Shown here piece by piece: positions 37,643 through 48,415 of a DNA stretch of 64,000 bases. Below the pieces are notes generated by a model. That model saw nothing but the letters and a program-made list of their open reading frames with translations, was not told the DNA's origin and did no database searches. Position 1 is the stretch's first letter; every line of letters begins with the position of its first letter. The DNA is taken from the NCBI RefSeq assembly GCF_003334405.1, contig NZ_QOWM01000002.1; one strand, 5' to 3'. The stretch is from Escherichia coli. GTDB lineage: Bacteria > Pseudomonadota > Gammaproteobacteria > Enterobacterales > Enterobacteriaceae. The translations under genes were made by a program, and so were the position numbers.

Positions 37643-39979
37643 ATGAAGCAAATTCGTCTGCTGGCGCAGTATTATGTTGACCTGATGATGAAGTTAGGTC
37701 TGGTGCGCTTCTCAATGTTGCTGGCGCTGGCCCTCGTCGTTCTTGCCATTGTGGTACAAATGGCGGTAACCATGGTGCTGCATGGTCAGGTCGAAAGCAT
37801 TGATGTTATTCGTTCTATCTTCTTTGGTTTGCTGATTACGCCGTGGGCGGTCTACTTTCTATCGGTGGTCGTCGAGCAACTGGAGGAGTCACGACAACGT
37901 CTGTCACGGCTGGTGCAAAAACTGGAGGAGATGCGCGAGCGCGATTTGAGCCTCAACGTTCAGTTAAAAGATAATATTGCCCAGCTAAATCAGGAAATTG
38001 CCGTTCGTGAAAAAGCGGAAGCAGAACTGCAGGAAACCTTCGGCCAACTGAAAATTGAAATCAAAGAGCGCGAAGAGACACAAATTCAGCTCGAGCAGCA
38101 ATCCTCATTCTTACGTTCCTTCCTTGATGCTTCACCCGACCTGGTTTTTTATCGTAACGAAGATAAAGAGTTTTCCGGCTGTAACCGCGCGATGGAGCTG
38201 CTGACCGGAAAAAGCGAAAAACAACTGGTTCACCTGAAACCTGCTGATGTTTACTCACCGGAAGCCGCCGCAAAAGTCATTGAAACCGATGAAAAAGTGT
38301 TCCGTCATAATGTGTCACTGACCTATGAACAGTGGCTGGATTACCCGGACGGGCGCAAAGCCTGCTTTGAAATCCGTAAAGTGCCGTACTACGACCGCGT
38401 GGGTAAACGTCACGGTTTGATGGGCTTTGGTCGCGACATTACCGAGCGTAAGCGGTATCAGGATGCGCTTGAACGGGCCAGCCGCGACAAAACGACGTTT
38501 ATCTCCACCATCAGTCACGAATTGCGTACACCGCTGAACGGTATCGTCGGTCTGAGCCGCATTCTGCTGGATACCGAACTCACCGCCGAGCAGGAAAAAT
38601 ATCTCAAGACCATCCATGTTTCGGCCGTCACGCTGGGGAATATCTTTAACGATATTATCGACATGGATAAGATGGAACGGCGCAAGGTCCAGCTTGATAA
38701 TCAACCGGTTGATTTCACCAGCTTCCTTGCCGATCTGGAAAATCTCTCCGCATTGCAGGCGCAACAAAAAGGATTGCGCTTTAACCTGGAGCCGACGCTG
38801 CCATTACCGCATCAGGTCATTACCGACGGGACGCGTTTACGGCAGATCCTGTGGAACCTCATCAGTAACGCCGTCAAATTCACCCAGCAAGGCCAGGTTA
38901 CCGTGCGCGTGCGCTACGATGAAGGCGATATGCTGCATTTTGAAGTGGAAGACTCTGGTATCGGCATTCCGCAGGATGAGCTGGATAAAATTTTCGCCAT
39001 GTATTACCAGGTGAAAGACAGTCATGGCGGTAAACCTGCCACCGGCACCGGTATTGGTCTGGCCGTTTCTCGTCGTCTGGCGAAAAATATGGGCGGCGAT
39101 ATTACGGTTACCAGCGAACAGGGCAAAGGTTCAACCTTTACGTTGACGATCCACGCACCGTCGGTAGCAGAAGAGGTCGATGATGCGTTTGATGAAGACG
39201 ATATGCCTTTACCGGCGCTGAATGTGCTGCTGGTGGAAGACATTGAACTGAACGTGATTGTTGCGCGTTCTGTGCTGGAAAAATTAGGTAACAGCGTTGA
39301 TGTCGCCATGACCGGCAAGGCGGCGCTGGAGATGTTTAAACCGGGCGAATACGACCTGGTGTTGCTGGATATTCAGTTGCCAGATATGACCGGGCTGGAT
39401 ATCTCTCGTGAACTGACGAAACGTTATCCGCGCGAGGATTTACCGCCGCTGGTGGCCTTAACCGCTAACGTGCTGAAAGACAAACAAGAGTACCTCAATG
39501 CTGGAATGGATGATGTGCTGAGTAAGCCGCTTTCTGTTCCGGCGCTAACCGCGATGATCAAGAAATTCTGGGATACCCAGGATGATGAGGAGAGTACGGT
39601 GACGACAGAAGAGAACAGTAAATCAGAAGCATTGCTCGATATTCCCATGCTGGAACAGTATCTCGAACTTGTAGGACCGAAGCTGATCACCGACGGGTTA
39701 GCGGTGTTTGAGAAGATGATGCCGGGCTATGTCAGCGTGCTGGAGTCGAATCTGACGGCGCAGGATAAAAAAGGCATTGTTGAGGAAGGACATAAAATTA
39801 AAGGTGCGGCGGGGTCAGTGGGGTTACGCCATCTGCAACAGCTGGGTCAGCAAATTCAGTCTCCTGACCTTCCGGCCTGGGAAGATAACGTCGGTGAATG
39901 GATTGAAGAGATGAAAGAAGAGTGGCGTCACGACGTAGAAGTGCTGAAAGCGTGGGTGGCAAAAGCCACTAAAAAATGA
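37643..39979 (+). CDS. arcB: Hybrid sensor kinase ArcB (aerobic respiration control)
   Basis: 778 aa with two TM segments, PAS, HisKA (SHELRTPLN), HATPase, receiver and HPt domains. Confidence 0.97.
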   Translation: MKQIRLLAQYYVDLMMKLGLVRFSMLLALALVVLAIVVQMAVTMVLHGQVESIDVIRSIFFGLLITPWAVYFLSVVVEQLEESRQRLSRLVQKLEEMRERDLSLNVQLKDNIAQLNQEIAVREKAEAELQETFGQLKIEIKEREETQIQLEQQSSFLRSFLDASPDLVFYRNEDKEFSGCNRAMELLTGKSEKQLVHLKPADVYSPEAAAKVIETDEKVFRHNVSLTYEQWLDYPDGRKACFEIRKVPYYDRVGKRHGLMGFGRDITERKRYQDALERASRDKTTFISTISHELRTPLNGIVGLSRILLDTELTAEQEKYLKTIHVSAVTLGNIFNDIIDMDKMERRKVQLDNQPVDFTSFLADLENLSALQAQQKGLRFNLEPTLPLPHQVITDGTRLRQILWNLISNAVKFTQQGQVTVRVRYDEGDMLHFEVEDSGIGIPQDELDKIFAMYYQVKDSHGGKPATGTGIGLAVSRRLAKNMGGDITVTSEQGKGSTFTLTIHAPSVAEEVDDAFDEDDMPLPALNVLLVEDIELNVIVARSVLEKLGNSVDVAMTGKAALEMFKPGEYDLVLLDIQLPDMTGLDISRELTKRYPREDLPPLVALTANVLKDKQEYLNAGMDDVLSKPLSVPALTAMIKKFWDTQDDEESTVTTEENSKSEALLDIPMLEQYLELVGPKLITDGLAVFEKMMPGYVSVLESNLTAQDKKGIVEEGHKIKGAAGSVGLRHLQQLGQQIQSPDLPAWEDNVGEWIEEMKEEWRHDVEVLKAWVAKATKK

Positions 39980-40091
39980 CCCCGGCTAGACCGGGGTGCG
40001 CGAATACTGCGCCAACACCAGGGAAATCTTGGCTGCGCCGTAAATTATTATGATGAGTTACAAGGGCACAGCACTGTTTTTCAGGCCGCAC
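39971..40091 (-). ncRNA. arcZ: Hfq-dependent sRNA ArcZ (SraH/RyhA)
   Basis: The minus strand reads gtgcggcctgaaaaacagtgctgtgcccttgtaactcatcataataatttacggcgcagcc...cgcaccccggtctagccggggtcatttttt. This matches the 121 nt ArcZ sequence as recalled, including its intrinsic terminator. It overlaps the arcB stop codon. Confidence 0.9.
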
Positions 40092-40208
40092 GCAGTTAAG
40101 ATAGCAAAACTTAAATGATTTGTTACATGAATCAGTTAAATGTGTGATGCGTACCATTTTTATTAAAAAAATTAATGTGTTTCAGTCAATTGCGAAAGGA
40201 TGATCACA

Positions 40209-40862
40209 ATGAAGAAAATTGGCGTAATTCTGAGCGGATGCGGCGTCTATGACGGTTCTGAAATTCATGAAGCGGTGTTGACGTTGTTAGCTATTTCACG
40301 CAGCGGTGCGCAGGCGGTCTGCTTTGCACCGGATAAGCAGCAGGTTGATGTTATCAACCATTTAACTGGCGAAGCGATGACGGAAACGCGCAATGTGCTG
40401 ATTGAAGCGGCACGAATAACGCGCGGTGAAATCCGTCCTCTGGCCCAGGCCGATGCCGCTGAACTGGATGCGTTGATTGTGCCGGGGGGGTTTGGCGCGG
40501 CGAAGAATTTAAGCAATTTTGCCAGTCTTGGTAGCGAATGCACCGTTGACCGTGAATTAAAGGCGCTGGCACAAGCGATGCATCAGGCCGGAAAACCGCT
40601 TGGTTTTATGTGTATTGCCCCGGCGATGCTGCCGAAAATTTTCGATTTCCCGCTGCGTTTGACCATCGGTACTGATATCGATACCGCAGAAGTGCTGGAA
40701 GAGATGGGCGCGGAGCATGTGCCGTGTCCTGTCGATGATATCGTGGTTGATGAAGACAATAAGATTGTCACCACCCCAGCATATATGCTGGCGCAGAACA
40801 TTGCAGAAGCGGCGAGCGGCATTGATAAGCTGGTTTCCCGCGTGCTGGTTCTGGCTGAATGA
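40209..40862 (+). CDS. elbB: DJ-1/PfpI-family glyoxalase-like protein ElbB
   Basis: 217 aa starting at [21 protein letters not shown]. Confidence 0.93.
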   Translation: MKKIGVILSGCGVYDGSEIHEAVLTLLAISRSGAQAVCFAPDKQQVDVINHLTGEAMTETRNVLIEAARITRGEIRPLAQADAAELDALIVPGGFGAAKNLSNFASLGSECTVDRELKALAQAMHQAGKPLGFMCIAPAMLPKIFDFPLRLTIGTDIDTAEVLEEMGAEHVPCPVDDIVVDEDNKIVTTPAYMLAQNIAEAASGIDKLVSRVLVLAE

Positions 40863-41587
40863 GTAAAAGCCGCTTAACGGTGTTTAGTTTCGTTCGCCGT
40901 TTTCTTTTGCGGTTAATGGTTGTCCTCGCCGTTTTCTGGGGCGGGGGCATCGCGTTGTTTAGCGTTGCGCCTGTTCCCTTCTCAGCGGTAATGGTCGAGC
41001 GACAGGTCAGCGCCTGGCTGCATGGCAATTTTCGTTACGTGGCACATTCTGACTGGGTCAGTATGGATCAAATCTCGCCGTGGATGGGACTGGCGGTGAT
41101 TGCCGCAGAAGATCAGAAATTTCCTGAGCACTGGGGCTTTGATGTCGCTTCCATTGAGAAAGCCCTGGCGCACAACGAGCGCAATGAAAACCGTATTCGC
41201 GGTGCTTCAACGATTTCTCAACAGACAGCCAAAAATCTCTTTTTATGGGATGGGCGTAGCTGGGTTCGAAAAGGGCTGGAAGCCGGATTAACGCTGGGGA
41301 TAGAAACGGTCTGGAGCAAAAAGCGTATCCTGACGGTTTACCTGAATATCGCCGAATTTGGCGACGGTGTGTTTGGCGTCGAAGCTGCGGCACAACGTTA
41401 TTTCCACAAACCCGCGAGCAAACTTACCCGGTCGGAAGCTGCATTACTGGCAGCTGTATTACCTAATCCACTTCGTTTCAAAGTCTCCTCGCCATCGGGC
41501 TACGTGCGTAGCCGTCAGGCGTGGATTTTACGGCAGATGTATCAGTTAGGCGGTGAGCCGTTTATGCAACAACACCAGCTGGATTAA
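40859..41587 (+). CDS. mtgA: Monofunctional peptidoglycan glycosyltransferase
   Basis: 242 aa with the GT51 motif ([13 protein letters not shown]). There is an ATGA overlap with elbB. Confidence 0.95.
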   Translation: MSKSRLTVFSFVRRFLLRLMVVLAVFWGGGIALFSVAPVPFSAVMVERQVSAWLHGNFRYVAHSDWVSMDQISPWMGLAVIAAEDQKFPEHWGFDVASIEKALAHNERNENRIRGASTISQQTAKNLFLWDGRSWVRKGLEAGLTLGIETVWSKKRILTVYLNIAEFGDGVFGVEAAAQRYFHKPASKLTRSEAALLAAVLPNPLRFKVSSPSGYVRSRQAWILRQMYQLGGEPFMQQHQLD

Positions 41588-42216
41588 GCTTCGCGCGAAG
41601 TGAGGGCCAGCGTTTTGCTCTCACGAGGTTGCAGATCTTTCTGCAGGGCAATAGCCAGCGCCGGTTGGGCGATAAATCGTTTCCATAACCGCTCTTGCTT
41701 ACGCAGACAACACCACTTCGACCAGGTCGCCAGTGGAATCAATGTGCTTTCACCAATGTTGTCGCAGACGACCGGGATAACCTCTGACTCACTGATGCGG
41801 TGACAGAGGATATTCTGCGGCTTCAGCGACATCGTCACGATACGGTTATCCTGCAAATAACGCTTCAGCTGTTTCAGTAGCTGGCGCAGTTGTGCAATGT
41901 CTTCTTCGTAACGGCATTGTTCAGCAAATTCGGTCAGCGTAATGGAAGGCTTGCCGTCAAAATCTGCAATCACATCGTAGACATAACCGGTTCCGCAATC
42001 CGTCTCAACGGTACCGTGATAGCGCGGTATTCCACTCCAGTCTTTTAACCGGCGACCAAGATGCGCGTAGTACTTTAACTCACGGCGGATCTCTTTATCG
42101 CCACCATCGCCACGATGGTAGACAATCTTGATACAGCGTTGGGCATCTTCCGGATGCGCATAACATTTCCGATGTCTTCCGGTGCCCAGGGGACTTTGTT
42201 CAGATAAGCGAATCAT
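41584..42216 (-). CDS. yrbL: PhoP-regulated kinase-like protein YrbL
   Basis: 210 aa starting at [24 protein letters not shown]. The ORF-track start is an extension. Confidence 0.88.
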   Translation of the reverse strand: MIRLSEQSPLGTGRHRKCYAHPEDAQRCIKIVYHRGDGGDKEIRRELKYYAHLGRRLKDWSGIPRYHGTVETDCGTGYVYDVIADFDGKPSITLTEFAEQCRYEEDIAQLRQLLKQLKRYLQDNRIVTMSLKPQNILCHRISESEVIPVVCDNIGESTLIPLATWSKWCCLRKQERLWKRFIAQPALAIALQKDLQPRESKTLALTSREA

Positions 42217-42266
42217 GCCATCTCCTGGAAATATTTTCTGACGATCTCCAGTATGGTCGATTAACT

Positions 42267-42283
42267 TAAACAAAACCTAAACA
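42267..42283 (-). promoter_or_regulatory. PhoP box (TGTTTA-GGTTT-TGTTTA) in the yrbL promoter
   Basis: Perfect direct hexamer repeat with a 5 nt spacer on the minus strand, 51-67 nt upstream of the yrbL ATG. yrbL is a known PhoP-activated gene. Confidence 0.75.
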
Positions 42284-42429
42284 ATGCCTCTTAAGGTTTT
42301 CTTAAGGTTCTTCTGAAAGTGAAAAGCGCACAAAATGTACAAATGACGTTGATTGAGAACGATTTCAGTACGTGATTTTCTTATTGTCGGGGGGAGTTTG
42401 AAGGGAGTTGTATGTCAAAGTGATGAAGA

Positions 42430-42702
42430 TTAATCTTCATCAAAACCAGAATTAAAGAGGGCGATAACGGCGGCCAGTGCTTCCTCTTCCTGTGGACCGG
42501 TCGCTTCAACTTCAATCTGCCGTCCTTTGGCAGAATCCAACATCAGCAGCGCAATAACGCTGTTGGCTTCAGCCTCGGTGCCTTCGTCATTACGTAAGAG
42601 CACTTCAGCGTCAAAACCCTGCATTAATTCAAACAGCTTCATTGCAGGCCGGGCATGCATGCCCAGCTTGTTTGTGATTTCAACAGTTTGCTTGACGGTC
42701 AT
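42430..42702 (-). CDS. ptsO: Nitrogen-PTS phosphocarrier NPr
   Basis: 90 aa HPr-like protein ([20 protein letters not shown]). Confidence 0.96.
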
Positions 42703-43553
42703 GGTTTACGTTTTTCCAGCGTACGATGGCGTGACTGGACGTTTTTACCGCGCGAGCGGAAGTAGTCTGCCAGTTGCTCTGCAATATACACCGAACGGTG
42801 CTTCCCGCCGGTACAACCAATGGCGACCGTCAAGTAGCTACGGTTGTTGGTTTCCAGCATAGGTAACCATAGCTCAAGATAGCTTCGCGTCTGGTAGATA
42901 AAATTGTGTACTTCTGTGTGGCGGTCGAGGAACGCGGCGACAGGTTTATCAAGACCTGTCATTGGACGCAGTTTCGGATCCCAGTGCGGGTTCGGCAAGA
43001 AGCGCACGTCAAAGACGTAATCTGCATCGATAGGGATACCGTGTTTGAAGCCGAAAGACTCAAAGACCATGGTCAGTTCGCGTTCACGTTTACCCAGCAG
43101 ACGGGTACGCAGCATTTCAGCCAGCTCGTGAACGGACATTTCTGAGGTATCGACAATCAGATCCGCTCGCGAACGCAGAGGCTCCAGCAAATCGCTTTCT
43201 TTGTCGATAGCACTTTCCAGCGACAGGTTTTTGCTGGAAAGCGGATGCAGTCGGCGCGTGTCACTGTAACGACGAATTAAGGTATTACGGTCGGCATCCA
43301 GGAACAGGAGTTGCGGTGAGAAAGCGTCAGGCAGGTTACTCATCGCCTGTTCGAATATTTCTGGTGACTCCGGCATATTACGAACATCAATGCTGACGGC
43401 GGCAGAAATCTCGCGATCGGCCAGGGTTCGAGCCAGATCGGGTAACAACACTACGGGAAGGTTATCCACGCAGTAAAAACCCATATCTTCCAGCGCACGC
43501 AGGGCGACAGATTTACCTGAACCTGAACGTCCGCTGACGATCATCAGTACCAT
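42699..43553 (-). CDS. rapZ: RNase adaptor protein RapZ (YhbJ)
   Basis: 284 aa with the P-loop GRSGSGKS. Confidence 0.96.
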
Positions 43554-43598
43554 GTACTGTTTCTCCTCACAACGTCTAAAAGAGACATTACCGAATAA

Positions 43599-44090
43599 CT
43601 ACGCTTCATCCGGAGTACCTTCGGTATCCGTAATGATTTGATACAGCTCTTCATCGCTCTGGGCTGCGCGTAAACGGCGGCAGATGGTTTTGTCCGCCAG
43701 ACGTTTCGCCACCAGCGACAGAGTATGCAGGTGCGTTTTAGTTTGGTCTGCCGGCACCAGCAGGGCAAAAAGTAAGTCCACCGGTTGGTTGTCGATGGCA
43801 TCGAAAGCTATAGGCGTTTCGAGCTGAACGAAAACGCCAACGGCGCGCAGAGTATCTTCTTCCAGTTTGCCATGCGGAATGGCAATACCATTGCCGATAC
43901 CGGTACTGCCCATTTTTTCCCGCGTCAGGATAGCTTCAAAAACCACCTGAGGCGGCAGGCTAAGTTGTTTCGCCGCCAGCTCGCTGATGATTTCCAGGGC
44001 GCGTTTTTTGCTCTGACAGTGGACGCGGCTTCGCGTACATTCCCTGTTAAGAACACTGCTAAGCTGTAGAGTTGTATCATTATTTGTCAT
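43599..44090 (-). CDS. ptsN: Nitrogen-PTS EIIA(Ntr)
   Basis: 163 aa starting at MTNNDTTLQLSSVLNREC. Confidence 0.96.
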   Translation of the reverse strand: MTNNDTTLQLSSVLNRECTRSRVHCQSKKRALEIISELAAKQLSLPPQVVFEAILTREKMGSTGIGNGIAIPHGKLEEDTLRAVGVFVQLETPIAFDAIDNQPVDLLFALLVPADQTKTHLHTLSLVAKRLADKTICRRLRAAQSDEELYQIITDTEGTPDEA

Positions 44091-44207
44091 AATTTCACCT
44101 AAGAACCTGCCCACTCAAACAGTGGAACAGGCTCGGAGCATTAACCGTACAAATGGCCCGTTGTGCCGCACAACAGACCGCCATGCACATGCTAATTGCC
44201 CGGACAA

Positions 44208-44495
44208 TTAGTGTTGTTTCAGTTTATCTTTATGTTTGGTCAACTGGCGTGCCAGCTTATCAATTAAGCCATCAATGGCAGCGTACATGTCCTGACCTTC
44301 CGCGCTGGCATGAATTTCACCACCGTTTACATGCAGTGTTGCATCTGAGGTGTGGGTGACTTTCTCCACTTTCAGAACAACATAGACCTGGTTGATTCGG
44401 TCAAAATATTGCTCAAGTTTGGCAAATTTGGCTGTAACAAATTCGCGCAGTGCCTCGGTGATCTCGACGTTATTTCCGGTAATGTTGAGCTGCAT
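44208..44495 (-). CDS. hpf: Ribosome hibernation promoting factor
   Basis: 95 aa starting at MQLNITGNNVEITEALREF. The ORF-track start is an extension into the rpoN 3' end. Confidence 0.95.
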   Translation of the reverse strand: MQLNITGNNVEITEALREFVTAKFAKLEQYFDRINQVYVVLKVEKVTHTSDATLHVNGGEIHASAEGQDMYAAIDGLIDKLARQLTKHKDKLKQH

Positions 44496-44517
44496 AGTGT
44501 CTTCCTTATCGGTTGGG

Positions 44518-45951
44518 TCAAACGAGTTGTTTACGCTGGTTTGACGGCGGAATGGATAAAGACTCTCGGTACTTCGCAACAGTGCGGCGTGCCACCATGA
44601 TACCTTGTTCCGACAGCAAAGAGGTTAACTTGCTGTCGCTCAACGGTTTCGCTGGGTTTTCCGCCGCGATTAATTTCTTCACCAGCGCACGAATCGCCGT
44701 GGAGGAAGCTTCGCCGCCGCCCTCGGTATTGACGTGACTGGAAAAGAAATACTTCAGTTCAAAAATGCCTCGTGGACTATGCAGGTATTTTTGCGTGGTC
44801 ACGCGAGATATCGTCGATTCATGCATTTCGACAGCCTGGGCGATATCGGCCAGTACCATCGGTTTCATATATTCTTCACCTTGCTCAAAGAAGGCTTGCT
44901 GCTGTTCAACGATACAGCGACTCACGCGCAGTAGCGTATCGTTACGGCTTTCCAGACTCTTGATCAACCATTTGGCATCCTGCAGATTGCTGCGGATAAA
45001 CTGGCTGTCACCATCGTTGCGCGCGTTATTGCACATCGAGGCGTAGTGCTGGTTGATTTGCAGACGCGGAATGCTGTCACTGTTGAGTTCTACCGTCCAG
45101 TGACCGTTATGCTTACGCACCAGCACATCTGGAATGACATACTCAGGTTCGCCAGTCTGGATCGACTGCCCGGGGCGCGGATCGAGCGACTGGATCAGAT
45201 TGACGGCTTCTTTCAGCACATCTTCTTTCAGACGCGTGACGCGCATTAAAGTGCGGAAGTCGTGATTGGCTAACAGATCGAGATGATCGCTAATGATCAG
45301 TCTGGCCTCTTCCAGCCACGGCGTGGTCTTATCGAATTGGGAGAGTTGGATCAGCAGACAGTCACGCAGATCTTTTGCCGCCACACCGACCGGATCAAAC
45401 CGTTGGATCCGCTTAAGGACGGCTTCAACTTCGTCGATGTCGATCTCTTCATCGCCTATACTTTCGAGAATATCTTCCAGCGGGACAGTCAGATAACCGG
45501 TTTCATCAACGGCATCGACGATAGAGGTAGCAATAGCGCGGTCAGTGTCGGAAAACGGTGTCAGCTCAACCTGCCACATCAGGTAATCCTGCAAGGTCTG
45601 CGTCGTTTCGCCCTGGTAGACCGGCAGCTCGTCGTCAATGTAGTCACCGCTGGTGCCGGATGGTGTACCAGCGGTGTAAATGGTGTCCCAACTGGCATCG
45701 AGCGGCAGCTCTTCCGGCATCTCTTTTTGTTCGAGCGCGTCGGCGGTGTCCAGCGTTTCACTGTCTTGCGTTTCGCGGGTGTCGATTTCTTCATGAGTGT
45801 CGATTTGCTCAAGCAGCGGATTACTCTCCAGCGCCTGCTGTAGCTCCTGCTGAAGTTCCAGCGTCGACAACTGCAACAGACGAATTGCCTGTTGGAGCTG
45901 TGGCGTCATCGCCAGTTGTTGGCTAAGCCTGAGTTGCAAACCTTGCTTCAT
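44518..45951 (-). CDS. rpoN: RNA polymerase sigma-54
   Basis: 477 aa with the RpoN box ARRTVAKYR near the C-terminus. Confidence 0.98.
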   Translation of the reverse strand: MKQGLQLRLSQQLAMTPQLQQAIRLLQLSTLELQQELQQALESNPLLEQIDTHEEIDTRETQDSETLDTADALEQKEMPEELPLDASWDTIYTAGTPSGTSGDYIDDELPVYQGETTQTLQDYLMWQVELTPFSDTDRAIATSIVDAVDETGYLTVPLEDILESIGDEEIDIDEVEAVLKRIQRFDPVGVAAKDLRDCLLIQLSQFDKTTPWLEEARLIISDHLDLLANHDFRTLMRVTRLKEDVLKEAVNLIQSLDPRPGQSIQTGEPEYVIPDVLVRKHNGHWTVELNSDSIPRLQINQHYASMCNNARNDGDSQFIRSNLQDAKWLIKSLESRNDTLLRVSRCIVEQQQAFFEQGEEYMKPMVLADIAQAVEMHESTISRVTTQKYLHSPRGIFELKYFFSSHVNTEGGGEASSTAIRALVKKLIAAENPAKPLSDSKLTSLLSEQGIMVARRTVAKYRESLSIPPSNQRKQLV

Positions 45952-45998
45952 GTTCAGAATCGTACTCTCCTGCTAAAACGTCGCAAACTTCTACCCTA

Positions 45999-46724
45999 TC
46001 AGAGTCTGAAGTCTTCCCCAAGGTATACACGCTTAACGTGTTCGTCTTGTAAGATTTCTGTAGGCGTGCCGTGGGCGATCAAATGCCCCTGACTGACGAT
46101 ATAAGCGCGTTCACAAACCGCCAGTGTTTCACGCACGTTGTGGTCAGTGATCAGCACGCCCAGGCCGCTGTCGCGCAGGTGCTCAATGATGCGTTTAATG
46201 TCGATAACCGAGATCGGGTCAACCCCGGCAAACGGTTCGTCGAGCAGAATAAATTTCGGATTCGCAGCCAGTGCGCGGGCAATTTCTACACGGCGACGTT
46301 CACCCCCGGAGAGTGACTGCCCCATGCTGTCACGCAGGTGCTCAATGTGAAACTCTTCCATCAGCTCGTTCGCGCGGTCTTCACGTTGTTCAGCAGACAA
46401 GTCGTCACGAATTTGCAGTACCGCCATCAGGTTATCGTAAACGCTGAGGCGACGGAAAATGGAGGCTTCCTGTGGCAGATAGCCGATACCGCGGCGCGCG
46501 CGTGCATGCAGAGGCAGCAGACTGATATCGTCATCATCAATAATGATGTTGCCCGCATCGCGCGGCACAATGCCTACAACCATGTAGAAAGTGGTGGTCT
46601 TACCGGCACCGTTTGGCCCCAGCAGACCGACAATTTCCCCGGAGTTGACGGTCAGGCTGACGTCTTCTACCACGCGACGGCCTTTATAGGCTTTTGCAAG
46701 GTTCTTTGCAGTTAATGTTGCCAT
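45999..46724 (-). CDS. lptB: LPS export ABC transporter ATPase
   Basis: 241 aa with Walker A (GPNGAGKTT) and the LSGGE signature. Confidence 0.97.
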
Positions 46725-46730
46725 AACGAA

Positions 46731-47288
46731 TTAATTACCCTTCTTCTGTGCCGGGGTCTGGCCTTTGTTGTTTTTGTCCTGCAGCTGCGACGGCACCAGA
46801 ACGGTTGTTACGCGCTTGCCTTTGTCGCTGAAAGCCTGCATTTTCTGCTCTTTCACCAGGTAAGTGATCTTATCGCCCTTAATGTTGCTATCGACCTGCT
46901 GCAGATAAGCATTACCCGTCAGAACGACAAAATCTTTTGCCAGTTCGTAGTGCATCTGGGAAGCGTGACCTTCAACGGGTTTACCGTTGTCCTGCATCTG
47001 GTAGAACGTTGCCGGTTTACCGTAGCCGTCAATCACTTCTTTACCTTGTTCGCCGCCCGGACGGGTAACGACCACTTTGTCGGCATTAATTTTGATGGTG
47101 CCCTGGGTGACGATGACATTACCGGTAAAGGTAACCACGTTGCCTTGCATATCAAGAGATTGCTGGTCCGATTCAATGTGGATCGGCTGATCAGTGTCTC
47201 CGGTTACGGCAAATGCCGGAATGCTGGCGGCCAGAAGTGAGCTGGCAAGCACAAGATTAAGGCTGAGTTTGTTTGTTTTGAATTTCAT
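46731..47288 (-). CDS. lptA: Periplasmic LPS transport protein LptA
   Basis: 185 aa starting at MKFKTNKLSLNLVLASSLLAASIPAFA. The start lies 32 nt inside the lptC 3' end. Confidence 0.95.
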   Translation of the reverse strand: MKFKTNKLSLNLVLASSLLAASIPAFAVTGDTDQPIHIESDQQSLDMQGNVVTFTGNVIVTQGTIKINADKVVVTRPGGEQGKEVIDGYGKPATFYQMQDNGKPVEGHASQMHYELAKDFVVLTGNAYLQQVDSNIKGDKITYLVKEQKMQAFSDKGKRVTTVLVPSQLQDKNNKGQTPAQKKGN

Positions 47289-47832
47289 AGGATGTTCTAA
47301 CCTTTTCAATCAGCTCGGCGTTCTTGCTGCGTAAGTTGCCGCGCATTTTCAGACCGCTGGAGTTAAATGTTGTTCCGTATAACGTGACGAGGTCTTCAGA
47401 GGTAACATCCTGCGTCACCAGATTGATCTGCGCGTTATCCGTCGTGATTCTGCGAAGTTGAGAGTCTGGCACAAGTGCGTTGACTTCAACGTGTCCATAT
47501 AAATAGAGCATCCGGTCATTGGTCAGCTTGGCTTTATCTGCTTTTACGGACCATGTCGGGATTTTATCCTTATCAAACGTGGTAAGTACCGGCTGCGTAA
47601 ACCACGAAACGGCCTGATCGGAATAATATTCAACGTGTTGAGCAATCAATCGATAGCTTAGTGCCCCTTCTGGGTTATAGACGAGCGTGTCCGTATGCTC
47701 GCTTTTATAGGTGGGATCATTGTTGTTGACGACCACCTGGGCGGTATCGTCTTTTTCGGCCATATTAATGCCGATCATCACCAGAACCGCCAGTGATAAC
47801 ACAATGATAACCCAACGTCTGGCTTTACTCAT
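47257..47832 (-). CDS. lptC: Inner-membrane-anchored LPS transport protein LptC
   Basis: 191 aa, MSKARRWVIIVLSLAVLVMIG... Confidence 0.95.
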   Translation of the reverse strand: MSKARRWVIIVLSLAVLVMIGINMAEKDDTAQVVVNNNDPTYKSEHTDTLVYNPEGALSYRLIAQHVEYYSDQAVSWFTQPVLTTFDKDKIPTWSVKADKAKLTNDRMLYLYGHVEVNALVPDSQLRRITTDNAQINLVTQDVTSEDLVTLYGTTFNSSGLKMRGNLRSKNAELIEKVRTSYEIQNKQTQP

Positions 47833-48395
47833 ATCGATTGCCCTTTGGCTTCATCCAGTTTGCCCTGCGCCAGGAGTAATAAGTCGCAAACTTCGCGCAC
47901 TGCGCCACGACCGCCAGCAATGCGCGTCACGTAATCGGCGCGCGGGATCAACAGTGGATGCGCATCGGCCACGGCGACGCTTAAACCCACTTTTTCCATT
48001 ACCGGCCAGTCGATGAGATCATCGCCGACATAAGCCACATTTTCCGGGGCAATCGCCAGTTTTTCCAGCAGATCGCTAAAGGCGATCAGTTTGTTTGACT
48101 GCCCCTGATACAAGTGAGTGATCCCCAATGTGGCACAACGATCTTCTACCAGTTTAGCCTTTCGCCCGGTAATGATAGCGACTTCAATATCAGAGGTGAG
48201 CGCACAACGAATGCCATAACCGTCACGAACATTGAACGCTTTCAGCTCTTCGCCATTATTGCCCATATAAATCAGGCCATCTGACAGTACGCCATCGACA
48301 TCGAGGATCAGCAGACGAATGTTCTCTGCTTTTGCTATAACGTCGGCGCTGACAGGGCCGTAACAGGTCGCAAGCGACGCACCTGCTTTGCTCAT
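47829..48395 (-). CDS. kdsC: KDO-8-phosphate phosphatase
   Basis: 188 aa with the HAD motif (LILDVDGVL). Confidence 0.96.
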   Translation of the reverse strand: MSKAGASLATCYGPVSADVIAKAENIRLLILDVDGVLSDGLIYMGNNGEELKAFNVRDGYGIRCALTSDIEVAIITGRKAKLVEDRCATLGITHLYQGQSNKLIAFSDLLEKLAIAPENVAYVGDDLIDWPVMEKVGLSVAVADAHPLLIPRADYVTRIAGGRGAVREVCDLLLLAQGKLDEAKGQSI

Positions 48396-48415
48396 TGTTG
48401 TTTATCCTTGAATCT

